DNA of 64,000 nt, taken from the IMG/VR virus record IMGVR_UViG_3300007609_000005, positions 1 to 64,000 of that record; one strand, given 5' to 3'. Below, piece after piece: positions 8,951 through 18,353 of the stretch. Under the pieces are notes generated by a model that ran no database searches, was not told the origin of the DNA, and worked only from the letters and a program-made list of their open reading frames with translations. The position numbers were made by a program, and so were the translations under genes. The first letter of the stretch is position 1. The number at the start of each line of letters is the position of its first letter. The stretch comes from a virus.

Positions 8951-10117
8951 TTAAAAACTAACCGGAAACGGAATAACATCATGAACTTTCGGTGCTTTTG
9001 TTATAAACATCAACAACCTCTCAAAGCCCAATCCGAATCCAGAATGCGGGACTGATCCCCATCTACGTGTTTCAGTGTACCATTTCATCTTATCCATGTC
9101 CATGCCTTCCATTGAATCTAATAACTTTTCATAATCTTCTTCTCTTTGCGAACCTCCAATCAACTCACCAACTTCCGGAAAGATAAGGTCAAAACAAAGA
9201 GCATACCTATCATCTTTCTTCATATAGAATGGTTTCAACTCTTTTGGATAATGAGTAATGAAAGTTGGTCCCCATTTTTCTGTTATTGATTTTTCAACTT
9301 CTGAGGATATATCCTCACCCCATTTGAAGCCGAACTCTTCTTGAATTTCATCATACTTTTTAATAACCCAAGGTTTTGATGTGTCAATAATATCATCGAG
9401 GTGTGAAGTGTCTTTTAATTCCTTCATAGAACCTCTTATAATAGACTTAACAAAGTCTTCAGCGAACCCAATTGTATCATCGAGGGCATACCAAGCAAAT
9501 TCCGGTTCAACCATCCAGAATTCAGATAAATGCTTTCTAGTGGCTGATTTTTCTGCTCTGAACGTTGGTCCAAATGTATAGATTTGCCCAAGTGCCATCA
9601 TCCCTACTTCACCATGTAATTGACCCGAAACAGTTAATTGTTCTTCCATCCAATCAGATGAAACTTTAAAAGTTTCACCAGCACCTTCGCAATCAGCATG
9701 TGTAATTATAGGTGTATGGTATTGATAAACACCCATTTCATCCATATATCGGTGAATTGCCTGTGTAAGATGGTGACGTGTTCTTAAAATTTCTTGAAAT
9801 TGTCTGGCTCTACCACGAAGATGTGGAATAGAACGGAAGAACTCATCTGAATGTTTTTTAGGTTGTAGTGGATATTCATCATCAGCATCACCAATGATTG
9901 TTACTTTGCTTGCAACAATTTCCGGAAATCCTCTTGGTGTAACTCCTTCTTCACCTTCAACTATTACAGATGCTCCTATTTTCAATTCCCCTTTAACATC
10001 ACAAAGCTCTTCTTTGATTGTTATTTGATGATCTTCTGTTCCATCTGTTACGGGAACGAACTTGATTGATTTTGATCTACGGATACTTTTTATCCATCCT
10101 TTTACTTCTCTTTTCAT
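8951..10117 (-). CDS. asnS: asparaginyl-tRNA synthetase
   Basis: LTVSGQLHGE, FGPTFRAEKS..RKHLSEFWMVEPE (motif 2), GELIGGSQRE, PHSGFGLGFER (motif 3). Confidence 0.95.
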   Translation of the reverse strand: MKREVKGWIKSIRRSKSIKFVPVTDGTEDHQITIKEELCDVKGELKIGASVIVEGEEGVTPRGFPEIVASKVTIIGDADDEYPLQPKKHSDEFFRSIPHLRGRARQFQEILRTRHHLTQAIHRYMDEMGVYQYHTPIITHADCEGAGETFKVSSDWMEEQLTVSGQLHGEVGMMALGQIYTFGPTFRAEKSATRKHLSEFWMVEPEFAWYALDDTIGFAEDFVKSIIRGSMKELKDTSHLDDIIDTSKPWVIKKYDEIQEEFGFKWGEDISSEVEKSITEKWGPTFITHYPKELKPFYMKKDDRYALCFDLIFPEVGELIGGSQREEDYEKLLDSMEGMDMDKMKWYTETRRWGSVPHSGFGLGFERLLMFITKAPKVHDVIPFPVSF

Positions 10118-10144
10118 AATTTCTCTCTTTTAATTTTTGTTAAC

Positions 10145-10176
10145 AAAAAAACCCTGTCAGTTTCCTGACAGGGTTT
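10145..10176 (-). terminator. attenuator terminator upstream of asnS
   Basis: Minus strand AAACCCTGTCAG-GAAA-CTGACAGGGTTT followed by a T run. Confidence 0.9.
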
Positions 10177-10204
10177 GCTTAATTTTTAGGCAATAATAAT
10201 CCAG

Positions 10205-10252
10205 TCAGGGTTTCCTGTTATGATTATTATTATTTATTGATAATGATTTCAT
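10205..10252 (-). CDS. Asn-rich attenuator leader peptide MKSLSINNNNHNRKP
   Basis: Four consecutive AAT plus one AAC; lies between a TAnnTTTG box (10257-10264) and the terminator before asnS. Confidence 0.85.
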   Translation of the reverse strand: MKSLSINNNNHNRKP

Positions 10253-10275
10253 TTTACAAATATAATAAAAATTTA

Positions 10276-10731
10276 TTAAGTAAATAAGTCTTTAATTAAA
10301 TTAAGTGCTTCGATATTTTCTCTGATTCTCATCCTCTTCTTAACATCAAAGTTTTCACCCTTTTCCTTTAAATCTTTTTCAAATGATTGTATAGCACTGT
10401 TACAATCATCCTCAATATTACCATTATACATGTCGTTAAATAATGCTGACATATCACCATTATAGTTACGTTTTGCTTCATCGAAAAGTCTATCATGATT
10501 ATCATCATTTTCGAAAAGGCTTCTATTATCAATGAAAAAAGACACTATACGCTTATACTTACTGTGATTCTCATCTGAAATATTTTCCCAAGCACCTTTG
10601 AAATCTCCTTTAAGTATCTTTTTAGCAGCACCCCAAAGTTTTGACATATCAACAACACCTCTAAATAATGCTGATTTAGTTCCTTCATTTGTTATGTTTT
10701 GAAAGTTTTCAAATGATTTTAAATGTTCCAT
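10276..10731 (-). CDS. hypothetical protein (N-tag)
   Basis: Starts MEHLKSFENFQNITNE. Confidence 0.7.
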   Translation of the reverse strand: MEHLKSFENFQNITNEGTKSALFRGVVDMSKLWGAAKKILKGDFKGAWENISDENHSKYKRIVSFFIDNRSLFENDDNHDRLFDEAKRNYNGDMSALFNDMYNGNIEDDCNSAIQSFEKDLKEKGENFDVKKRMRIRENIEALNLIKDLFT

Positions 10732-10947
10732 AATAATAATAATATATATTTTATTATATATAAAATTTTCACAATGGTTAATTTATTTCAGTTCATCTTC
10801 TATCACCTTACTAATGAGCCTAAGTAATGCTTTTACTTATACCACTGCGAGTGATGGGTTTAATAATAAAAGCTGTTCAAAATACCCATAATCACCCAAC
10901 ACCCAAAGTTTATTCCCAACCACACTTTTAATATATATATTGGGTAA

Positions 10948-12615
10948 ATGAAATTTCTACACACATATAATAAATTCATAACATCTTTGAATGAGAATAA
11001 AAAACAAGCAATATCTATTCTCAAAAAGAAGAGTGTGTCACCAAAGAATAAAGATTTCAAGAAGTTGGTCAAGTTATTAGAAGACAAATTCAATAACCTA
11101 AACTTAATAGGGCTACTCACGAAATTCCGATTCCAACAAGATACATCAATAACTGAATTGGAAGACCTCGTTAAATGGCTACACGATAACAATGGTGCAA
11201 AATTATTGAAAAACCCCATACTACAATATAAAACATATGAAAGCCTAAAAGATGAGATAATACAGATCGACATATCAAGAAAAATAAGAATGGTAATGAA
11301 TGAACTACCAAATGAACAAAAACAATTGGTGAACGAGGCAGATATACCACATAAGAAGGAATTTGAGGGGTGGTGTGTGAAATTACACGATATAAAGTAT
11401 AAGAAACCCCTTTTCAAAAAGATATCAAGTTGCAAGACAATTGAGGAGTTATTGGAACGTGTATCCGACTTTGTTCGAACAAATTCTGATATCAAAAATT
11501 ACGATGATAAGTTAAGAGAGATCAAAGAAATGGAAAATGTAGAGATAACACTGGAAGACCCGGATAAGGGAGTTATCATTACAAGAATACTGAATTATAA
11601 CACATCAAATGCATTGGGATCAAGTGCATGGTGTATATCGACAAGTCAAGGTCAATGGATGCACTATGTTTATAAAAATATGGGATATCAGTATTTCATA
11701 TGGGATTACTCAAAATCTGTTGTCGACCCATTACACCAAATAGGAGTAACTATCGGACCACACGATAAGGTAACTCATTGCCATGATATGAATGACAAGG
11801 GAATTATGAATAATCTACCTGAAGTTGTAACAGACAACATAGGGAAAGCATTAAGGGGGATGGACACAGAAGAAGTTGAAAAATTCAAAGGGAACTATAG
11901 AGAAGAAAAAAGGGGAATGGCAAAGCAAATATATGAGAATGAGGATGGTCTGGAAAAACTAGCACAAGCACTCATTACATTCTTAAAAAACCAAGGGATT
12001 TGGTCAGATGAAATGGTATTATATGATATTTTACCACAAGATGATTATAACGGCCTACCCCTATTCGAAGTGAATATAATGGGAGATAAAGAAATTAGTT
12101 ATGCCATAGAAACTGAAGATGTAGTAGACGAAAAATATAAAGAACGTGAAGGAAGTTTAATTGATGATATTGGATATTTCGGATACAATGAATGGTTTTG
12201 GCAAGATTCTATTGATATGTATTCATTAGAAAAATGGGTCAGTGAATGGTTAGAAGAATCTGCACCACACTACATAGAAATGGAAGATGGTGAAACAGAA
12301 GAAGAACATCAACACAATATGGATACGTGGAAAGAAAATGAACTGGATGAATTCATAGATGATCCAATAGAATGGCTTTATCACAAAGACCTATTATACA
12401 AAAAAACACAATCAAATGGGTTTGTGGGTGATTACACAACATGGGAATACTCAAACGACTCTTTAATAGATGCAATGTTTGACAAAGATGACTTCATACA
12501 AAGATCAATAGATGTAAGTGGTAGATTGTCCTTTATAAATGACACCATAGATGAAACTGAACACGAACTTCACTACGATAATGAAAATTACCTAATATAC
12601 ATTTTATACGAATGA
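10948..12615 (+). CDS. hypothetical protein (N-tag) with PcfJ-like GxxxWCI motif
   Basis: Starts MKFLHTYNKFITSLNE; SNALGSSAWCIS motif; acidic C-terminal half. Confidence 0.65.
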   Translation: MKFLHTYNKFITSLNENKKQAISILKKKSVSPKNKDFKKLVKLLEDKFNNLNLIGLLTKFRFQQDTSITELEDLVKWLHDNNGAKLLKNPILQYKTYESLKDEIIQIDISRKIRMVMNELPNEQKQLVNEADIPHKKEFEGWCVKLHDIKYKKPLFKKISSCKTIEELLERVSDFVRTNSDIKNYDDKLREIKEMENVEITLEDPDKGVIITRILNYNTSNALGSSAWCISTSQGQWMHYVYKNMGYQYFIWDYSKSVVDPLHQIGVTIGPHDKVTHCHDMNDKGIMNNLPEVVTDNIGKALRGMDTEEVEKFKGNYREEKRGMAKQIYENEDGLEKLAQALITFLKNQGIWSDEMVLYDILPQDDYNGLPLFEVNIMGDKEISYAIETEDVVDEKYKEREGSLIDDIGYFGYNEWFWQDSIDMYSLEKWVSEWLEESAPHYIEMEDGETEEEHQHNMDTWKENELDEFIDDPIEWLYHKDLLYKKTQSNGFVGDYTTWEYSNDSLIDAMFDKDDFIQRSIDVSGRLSFINDTIDETEHELHYDNENYLIYILYE

Positions 12616-12671
12616 AACACTTAAAATTATTTTTAGAATATAACGAATGGGGGAAAATTGACCAAAAATGA
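12612..12671 (+). CDS. short N-tag peptide or truncated gene MKHLKLFLEYNEWGKIDQK
   Basis: ATGA overlap with the upstream stop; near-perfect N-tag, then a stop after an A5 run. Confidence 0.45.
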   Translation: MKHLKLFLEYNEWGKIDQK

Positions 12672-12734
12672 TTTCGGAGAACATCAGAGAAGTTGATAGA
12701 AAACAAAAACAACAATAATTAATATATACACATT

Positions 12735-13289
12735 ATGAGTATAAAGAAATTTACAAGTATGATAAATGAAATCCGTAAAAACGAGTACGGTTGTTCAATG
12801 GTATATTTTGATTTACCTTTTATTGATATGATACATGAATACATTGACGAAAAAGATATATACGAAGACCCAAATGATCCATCATATGGACTCGAAGATG
12901 AACCACACGTTACACTTCTTTTCGGATTACACGACAATGTTGATGATGAAGACGTATTCGACCTTTCAACACCCAAAGAAATAACACCAATAACATTAAA
13001 AAACATTGGGTGCTTTGAATCCCAAAATGGATATAATGTTCTTAAATTCGAAGCAGAAGCAGATTGGTTGGGGGAATGTAATGAGAAACTTACCGAACTG
13101 CCACACACATCAAATTTCCAGGATTACAAACCACATTGCACCATCTCATATATGATAAATGGAAAGTGTGATAAATATATCGATATCCTAAAGGGAGTTG
13201 AAATAAAAGTAGAACCCAAGGAATTGGTGTATTCAAAACCATCAGGTCAAAAAATCAAACGATCAATCAAGGATATCACCAAGGACTGA
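12735..13289 (+). CDS. 2H phosphoesterase, Acb1/T4 57B-like (N-tag)
   Basis: Two HxT motifs: PHVTLLFG and YKPHCTISY. Confidence 0.8.
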   Translation: MSIKKFTSMINEIRKNEYGCSMVYFDLPFIDMIHEYIDEKDIYEDPNDPSYGLEDEPHVTLLFGLHDNVDDEDVFDLSTPKEITPITLKNIGCFESQNGYNVLKFEAEADWLGECNEKLTELPHTSNFQDYKPHCTISYMINGKCDKYIDILKGVEIKVEPKELVYSKPSGQKIKRSIKDITKD

Positions 13290-13649
13290 TTTCCTCCTTA
13301 TTTTTTTCAGTGTAGGGATATGACCACCATACGTTTTGAATATAAAATCTTTAATATCTTCAATTTCAAGACTGAAATCCTCAAATTCCTGCTCAGTGGC
13401 ACGTGCCATAAGTGATGTCAAGTATGTCATGTATCTAATCTTAACATCTAACTCTTGTATTTCATGTTTGTAATCCGAATATTCATCAAAGAACTCAGAA
13501 ACCCGATCATGGGTGGTATTGGTTCGTTTAATTATCTCATAGGTATTTTTAATCGAATATACCATCGAAACCGAAAATATAATAATGACAACCGCAATTA
13601 CAGTAATAAATATGATATCAATCATCTCCATTTCCCAAAACTTTATCAA
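13263..13649 (-). CDS. hypothetical membrane-anchored protein (C-tag)
   Basis: N-terminal TM segment; ends RKSVLGDILD. Confidence 0.6.
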   Translation of the reverse strand: MIKFWEMEMIDIIFITVIAVVIIIFSVSMVYSIKNTYEIIKRTNTTHDRVSEFFDEYSDYKHEIQELDVKIRYMTYLTSLMARATEQEFEDFSLEIEDIKDFIFKTYGGHIPTLKKIRRKSVLGDILD

Positions 13650-14061
13650 TTGTTGTATTTCTCGTCTCCATCACCCCATCATATTCATCGAACATCTCAT
13701 CAAATTTTTTATTCTGAATTTTTTCAAATCTGACATCTAATGCACATTTTATTTTGTTCATAAACTTTCTATTAGAAGAATTATTATCTATCACAATGCC
13801 TTTATCATTTCGTCTAACAATCACCATATCTATATTACCATGCACCATAAACACATTCACAGTAATTCTAGTAGTATAACTCGATCTCTGAACTAATTTA
13901 TATTTCCTATCATTTTGCTTTCCCGACAAAGAAATAGAAAATCCCCCATTCTTTATAATAGAATGCACTAGGTTGAGTAGCCACCTTTTTCTGGATTCAT
14001 CTAACATATTACAAATATAAGGAAAAATCGGATCACTTACCGATTTTTTCCAAAATCCCAT
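13618..14061 (-). CDS. hypothetical protein (C-tag)
   Basis: Ends RNTTIDKVLGNGDD. Confidence 0.6.
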   Translation of the reverse strand: MGFWKKSVSDPIFPYICNMLDESRKRWLLNLVHSIIKNGGFSISLSGKQNDRKYKLVQRSSYTTRITVNVFMVHGNIDMVIVRRNDKGIVIDNNSSNRKFMNKIKCALDVRFEKIQNKKFDEMFDEYDGVMETRNTTIDKVLGNGDD

Positions 14062-14365
14062 TTACTTCCTCCACCACATATTTATTCTGACGAACGGAAA
14101 CCCATTTACGACCAAAAGGTTGAAGGAATATACGATGTGATATCACACACTTGGCATTCTCACCATAAAATTTAACAGTTCTTTTATGATAAATATCTTC
14201 AAGAACATAATCTTTCATATGTGCCGACCACGATAATATTTTATACTCACCATCGACTTTTATAACTTTTTTGTACCGGTCTTTATAATGACCATCCATT
14301 CCTTTGAAGGTGTGGTTACTTACTTTATCTAAATAATCTTCTACTTGTTTTTGGTAATTTTTCAT
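14033..14365 (-). CDS. hypothetical protein
   Basis: 110 aa ORF in a minus-strand operon. Confidence 0.6.
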   Translation of the reverse strand: MKNYQKQVEDYLDKVSNHTFKGMDGHYKDRYKKVIKVDGEYKILSWSAHMKDYVLEDIYHKRTVKFYGENAKCVISHRIFLQPFGRKWVSVRQNKYVVEEVNGILEKIGK

Positions 14366-14370
14366 AATTT

Positions 14371-14796
14371 TTATTTTTCATTTTTTATCAATTTATCGAT
14401 TTTCACTCTTCTCACTTCTGCATTTGGTAAATGGTAAATTGGTACTATACGATACTCACGATTCGGATTATCACCATACCTATTATACTGAACCATCGCC
14501 TCAACTGCAGTGGTCTGACTCATATAGATTTTATTCTTCCAATTATTCCACCAATTACTCCACTCACCACCCCTTTCCAAAACTCGTTGCTGTATAACCC
14601 AACCATAAGGTTCATAATCACTTTGTATCGATTGTCGGTCTATACTCATAACATTCTCACAGACTATATCATCACCCATTACGGTATTGACATCAAGATA
14701 TCCTTTCCTACACGTAGGACACTCAACTCTTTTTGGACACTCATCTATGATTTCTTGAATCTCCTTTTTAAATATTCTTCTTAATAATTCTTTCAT
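14371..14796 (-). CDS. hypothetical protein (C-tag)
   Basis: CPTC motif; ends RRVKIDKLIK. Confidence 0.6.
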   Translation of the reverse strand: MKELLRRIFKKEIQEIIDECPKRVECPTCRKGYLDVNTVMGDDIVCENVMSIDRQSIQSDYEPYGWVIQQRVLERGGEWSNWWNNWKNKIYMSQTTAVEAMVQYNRYGDNPNREYRIVPIYHLPNAEVRRVKIDKLIKNEK

Positions 14797-14807
14797 AATA
14801 TTAAAAT

Positions 14808-15683
14808 CTATTTATTCATCGTGGCCAAAAATTCACTATTATCCTTGGTATTGACCATCCTATCAAGGATAAATTCTATTGACTCAATTGGTGTCATATC
14901 ACATAAATGATTTCTTAAAATATTCAGTTTTGGTAACACCATATCACTATGTAATAGATCATCCCTACGTGTTCCTGAGGAAGAGATATCTATGGCAGGG
15001 AATATCCTCTTATTCGAAATTGACCTATCCAATTTAACTTCTTGATTACCGGTTCCCTTAAATTCTTCAAATATGACCTCATCCATCTTTGAACCGGTAT
15101 CAACAAGTGCAGTGGCAATTATTGTCAATGAACCACCACCTTCAATATTCCTTGCTGAACCAAAGAATTTTTTAGGCTTATGCAATGAACCCACACCTAT
15201 ACCACCCGAAAGAGTTCTTCCAGAACCAGGCTCTACCTCATTATATGCCCTTGCTAAGCGAGTTATAGAATCCATGAGAATAACTACATCCTCACCATCC
15301 TCTACCATCTTCCTTGATTTATTCAAGACATAATTAGCAGATTTTATATGATCATGTGCCCTTCTATCAAAAGTTGAATACACCACTTCTGCATCTGGAA
15401 CACTCCTTGTTATATCAGTTACCTCCTCAGGTCTCTCATCAATCAACAAGAATATCACTTTTACTCCTTTATGATTTTTTATTATTGACCGTGCCACTGA
15501 TTTGAGTATTGTAGTCTTACCTGTTTTTGGTTGAGCCACTATAAGTGATCTCTGACCCTTTCCTATTGGTGCAAACATATCAATAACACGACATGTCATA
15601 TCTTGATCCAAATTAAATTTCTCATCTGGGAATACTGGAGTTAATTTGTTAAATTTTTTACTTTTCATTTCGTTCTTTTTCAT
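14808..15683 (-). CDS. rho: transcription termination factor Rho, ATPase domain only
   Basis: [72 protein letters not shown]; 291 aa with no N-terminal RNA-binding domain. Confidence 0.93.
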   Translation of the reverse strand: MKKNEMKSKKFNKLTPVFPDEKFNLDQDMTCRVIDMFAPIGKGQRSLIVAQPKTGKTTILKSVARSIIKNHKGVKVIFLLIDERPEEVTDITRSVPDAEVVYSTFDRRAHDHIKSANYVLNKSRKMVEDGEDVVILMDSITRLARAYNEVEPGSGRTLSGGIGVGSLHKPKKFFGSARNIEGGGSLTIIATALVDTGSKMDEVIFEEFKGTGNQEVKLDRSISNKRIFPAIDISSSGTRRDDLLHSDMVLPKLNILRNHLCDMTPIESIEFILDRMVNTKDNSEFLATMNK

Positions 15684-16266
15684 TTCTTTCTTTTATTTTT
15701 TTGATTATTGCCTTACCCCTCTGTCGGATAGATTTATACTTTATCTTAAATGATGTACTTTCCATCCCACCGAACATTTCACTATTTGAATGTATTTCGG
15801 CAAGACCCGTTAATAACAAAGTCAAGGAGTATGGATTCTTACTGAACTCTTCCACACCATCTGCCTTCAACAGATGAATATCCATATCGTGTAAAATAAG
15901 TTGGGCTGCATTTGGATTATCGAATATCCTATTGAAGTATTCATAAGACACTTCTGCGTGATGGGCGAAGTGCCTTCTTCCATCATTATCTATTTCCAAA
16001 CAAAAAGGCTTACCAATATCGTGGTATGTGGTATATAGCCGTAGAGTTTCATCATTTGGTAATGATGATAAGAACAGTTCTTTATTCCCCATCAACCATT
16101 CCGGCAACTTCCATTCATATTTCAATGGAATACCATCACGTAAATGGTCAATAAGGTCGAACAAGTGATCTCTTACTGATTCACCGTGTTCAAGAACAGA
16201 CATTCCTTGAGTCTGCTCACATTCCTTCATTTTTTGAAGGATCTCTTCTTTTGTAATCTATTTCAT
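15658..16266 (-). CDS. HD-domain phosphohydrolase; probable true start ATG AAA TAG at 16266 (in-frame amber), otherwise 16230
   Basis: [28 protein letters not shown] motifs; upstream in-frame [11 protein letters not shown]. Confidence 0.8.
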
Positions 16267-16587
16267 ATCGGTTATTATTTTTTCTAATTTAACTTTACGG
16301 GTTTCTTTTTTCACATCGATAACCTCTTCCTCGATGATAGTTCTTCTCATTATGCGTCCATCCAACTTTACAACATATCCGTTCCCATACCACCTGAAGA
16401 ATTTATCCCATTTTTCACTGTAGTCATCTGATGGTCCAATAGTATTATTACCCAACAACTGTGTGGCAAACTTCTGAAATTCAATAAGGTCTTCAATGTT
16501 ATCACTCAAATACTCCTCTTTGGAGTGTCCTATGCCTTCATACCCATACCAACTGAACTTTGAAAAATATTCTATTCTTGTTTTCAT
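16258..16587 (-). CDS. hypothetical protein (C-tag)
   Basis: Ends [16 protein letters not shown], in frame with the downstream HD gene. Confidence 0.65.
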   Translation of the reverse strand: MKTRIEYFSKFSWYGYEGIGHSKEEYLSDNIEDLIEFQKFATQLLGNNTIGPSDDYSEKWDKFFRWYGNGYVVKLDGRIMRRTIIEEEVIDVKKETRKVKLEKIITDMK

Positions 16588-16600
16588 TCTCCTAATTCTT

Positions 16601-17005
16601 TTACTCAGTTAATATTTTATTCAATTTGTTTATCCGGTCATACTTTTTATAATCACATGTTGTATATTTTCCATCACCAGACACACTATCAATTACTTTC
16701 AAATATATTGGATCAGATATTTCTTGGTCTGCATCAACCGAATAACCGGTAAAATTTCCTTCTATCACTTGATACCCATAAATACCACCTTCAAAAAAAT
16801 CATAGGATTCTTTCAATTTTTTGGAATCTTTTACGGATTTCTTAACCAAAGTCAAAAGACCACATAATGTTTCAAAAAAGTATTCTTGATTCTCTAAACT
16901 ATCACCGTGTACTTTGGCATCTGTTTTATTAGAACTCATTGTCCAAAAAGTATCACACTTGTAATATCGCCTTCCATTTGTTTCTATAAAATATACTACT
17001 TTCAT
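16601..17005 (-). CDS. hypothetical protein (C-tag)
   Basis: Ends RINKLNKILTE. Confidence 0.65.
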   Translation of the reverse strand: MKVVYFIETNGRRYYKCDTFWTMSSNKTDAKVHGDSLENQEYFFETLCGLLTLVKKSVKDSKKLKESYDFFEGGIYGYQVIEGNFTGYSVDADQEISDPIYLKVIDSVSGDGKYTTCDYKKYDRINKLNKILTE

Positions 17006-17364
17006 ACTACTGGCTCTTTTTTTGGTTTCAATAATGGTAAGTGTGAAAGTTTTCTACGAACTTCCGGAGTACCCAATAAACAAATAGAAGTACATTCATC
17101 AACATCTGGCTCAAAGAACTTGATGATAGGTGTTATTTCTGAAAATTTATTATATAGGTTCTCTAATTCTTGTTCTGACTTACACCCAAGACATATAACT
17201 GAGTTTGATGTCTTTTTCCAATGGTTGAATTCATTAGGGAATTCGTAAGCAAAGTCTGCCACAGAATGAACAGTCTGTGGAACTGTATACCCAAAGTTTT
17301 TAAAGTCATTTCGGGTAATCATGACTAATTTAGTTTCGTTAAATTTTGAAGTAATCTATTTCAT
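17002..17364 (-). CDS. Pth2-like peptidyl-tRNA hydrolase; probable true start ATG AAA TAG at 17364 (in-frame amber)
   Basis: KLVMITRNDF..GY..PQTVH, W...SNSVICL, FFEPD...TSICL, KLSHLPLL match the Pth2 pattern; KLV lies upstream of the ORF-track Met at 17322. Confidence 0.75.
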
Positions 17365-17410
17365 CTCTTTTCTTATTTTTATGGTTTATATATTAATTTA
17401 CTCTTCTCTG

Positions 17411-17497
17411 TGCGGGGAGGGGGACTCGAACCCCGTGACACCGGGTTAGAATCCGGTCAACGTCTGGCCAATAAAATCTTATTAAGTCTCAACCCGC
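17411..17497 (-). tRNA. atypical tRNA-like RNA, anticodon loop AUUCUAAC (CUA/UCUA, amber-suppressor-like)
   Basis: GCGGG/CCCGC acceptor ends, T-arm GGGG-TTCGAGT-CCCC, anticodon stem ACCGG/CCGGT with 8-nt loop, enlarged D region; own TAnnTTTG box at 17516-17523; no encoded CCA. Confidence 0.6.
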
Positions 17498-17549
17498 ATT
17501 TTTATTTATACCTTACAAAAGTAGTAAAGTTTTTCAACTCCACCAAATT

Positions 17550-18320
17550 TTATTTATTTTTATCGTAATTAACTACGATCTTATTCTTTCTTGTATGATG
17601 CTCTCTACTTTGAAGTACATATATAATGGCTTCTTTTTCCAAACAATCACCATTTATATTATTCCAATTTTTATTTTTTTGTTTAATAAGCCTTTCTGTT
17701 GACATCTTCTTATAACGAACAACATATTCCAAAAAAAATTTTCGATCTGTTGGATTTTTAGGAATTTCAATTTGTGGACGAACTTTACGTGGTTCTATAT
17801 CACTTCCAGAAACAAAACGATGTTCGGCATCATCTTGCATCTTAACAGTGTATTTAACCACACCCTCCTTGTTCTTACCCCCAACAAATGTAATTTTTCC
17901 CGGCATCTTACCAAACCAAACCGAATCACCTTTTTTGAAAGAATTCTGCTTATCCAATAGATATTGCTTCTCGGTTCTTAAATTATTTTCATATTCACGG
18001 TTTTTTCGCAATTTTTCCAACTTCTCCCTCTGCTCATCAGAGTAAATAAGATTCTCGACACTATCAGAGGCATCATCATCAAAAAGACTTTCAATGACAA
18101 CATTCCTATTTACTGTTCTGAAATCATCCTTATTGATACTATAATTTGTTGTGTGCTCAATATCTGAACTATCCTTATACACAAAATATCCGTGGATAGT
18201 ATCACCACTAACTATTGCCATATCTATACCCTTAATCATTTTGATATCAACACCCTTAATAGTGTTGTATAAGTATTTCTCTATCGCCTTGTTTAATTCT
18301 TCTTTATTTGTCTTAGCCAT
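17550..18320 (-). CDS. hypothetical protein
   Basis: 256 aa ORF with a KOW/SH3-like FKKGDSVWF segment. Confidence 0.65.
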   Translation of the reverse strand: MAKTNKEELNKAIEKYLYNTIKGVDIKMIKGIDMAIVSGDTIHGYFVYKDSSDIEHTTNYSINKDDFRTVNRNVVIESLFDDDASDSVENLIYSDEQREKLEKLRKNREYENNLRTEKQYLLDKQNSFKKGDSVWFGKMPGKITFVGGKNKEGVVKYTVKMQDDAEHRFVSGSDIEPRKVRPQIEIPKNPTDRKFFLEYVVRYKKMSTERLIKQKNKNWNNINGDCLEKEAIIYVLQSREHHTRKNKIVVNYDKNK

Positions 18321-18353
18321 CTACTCTTTCTATTTTGAGATTTCCAATATGAT

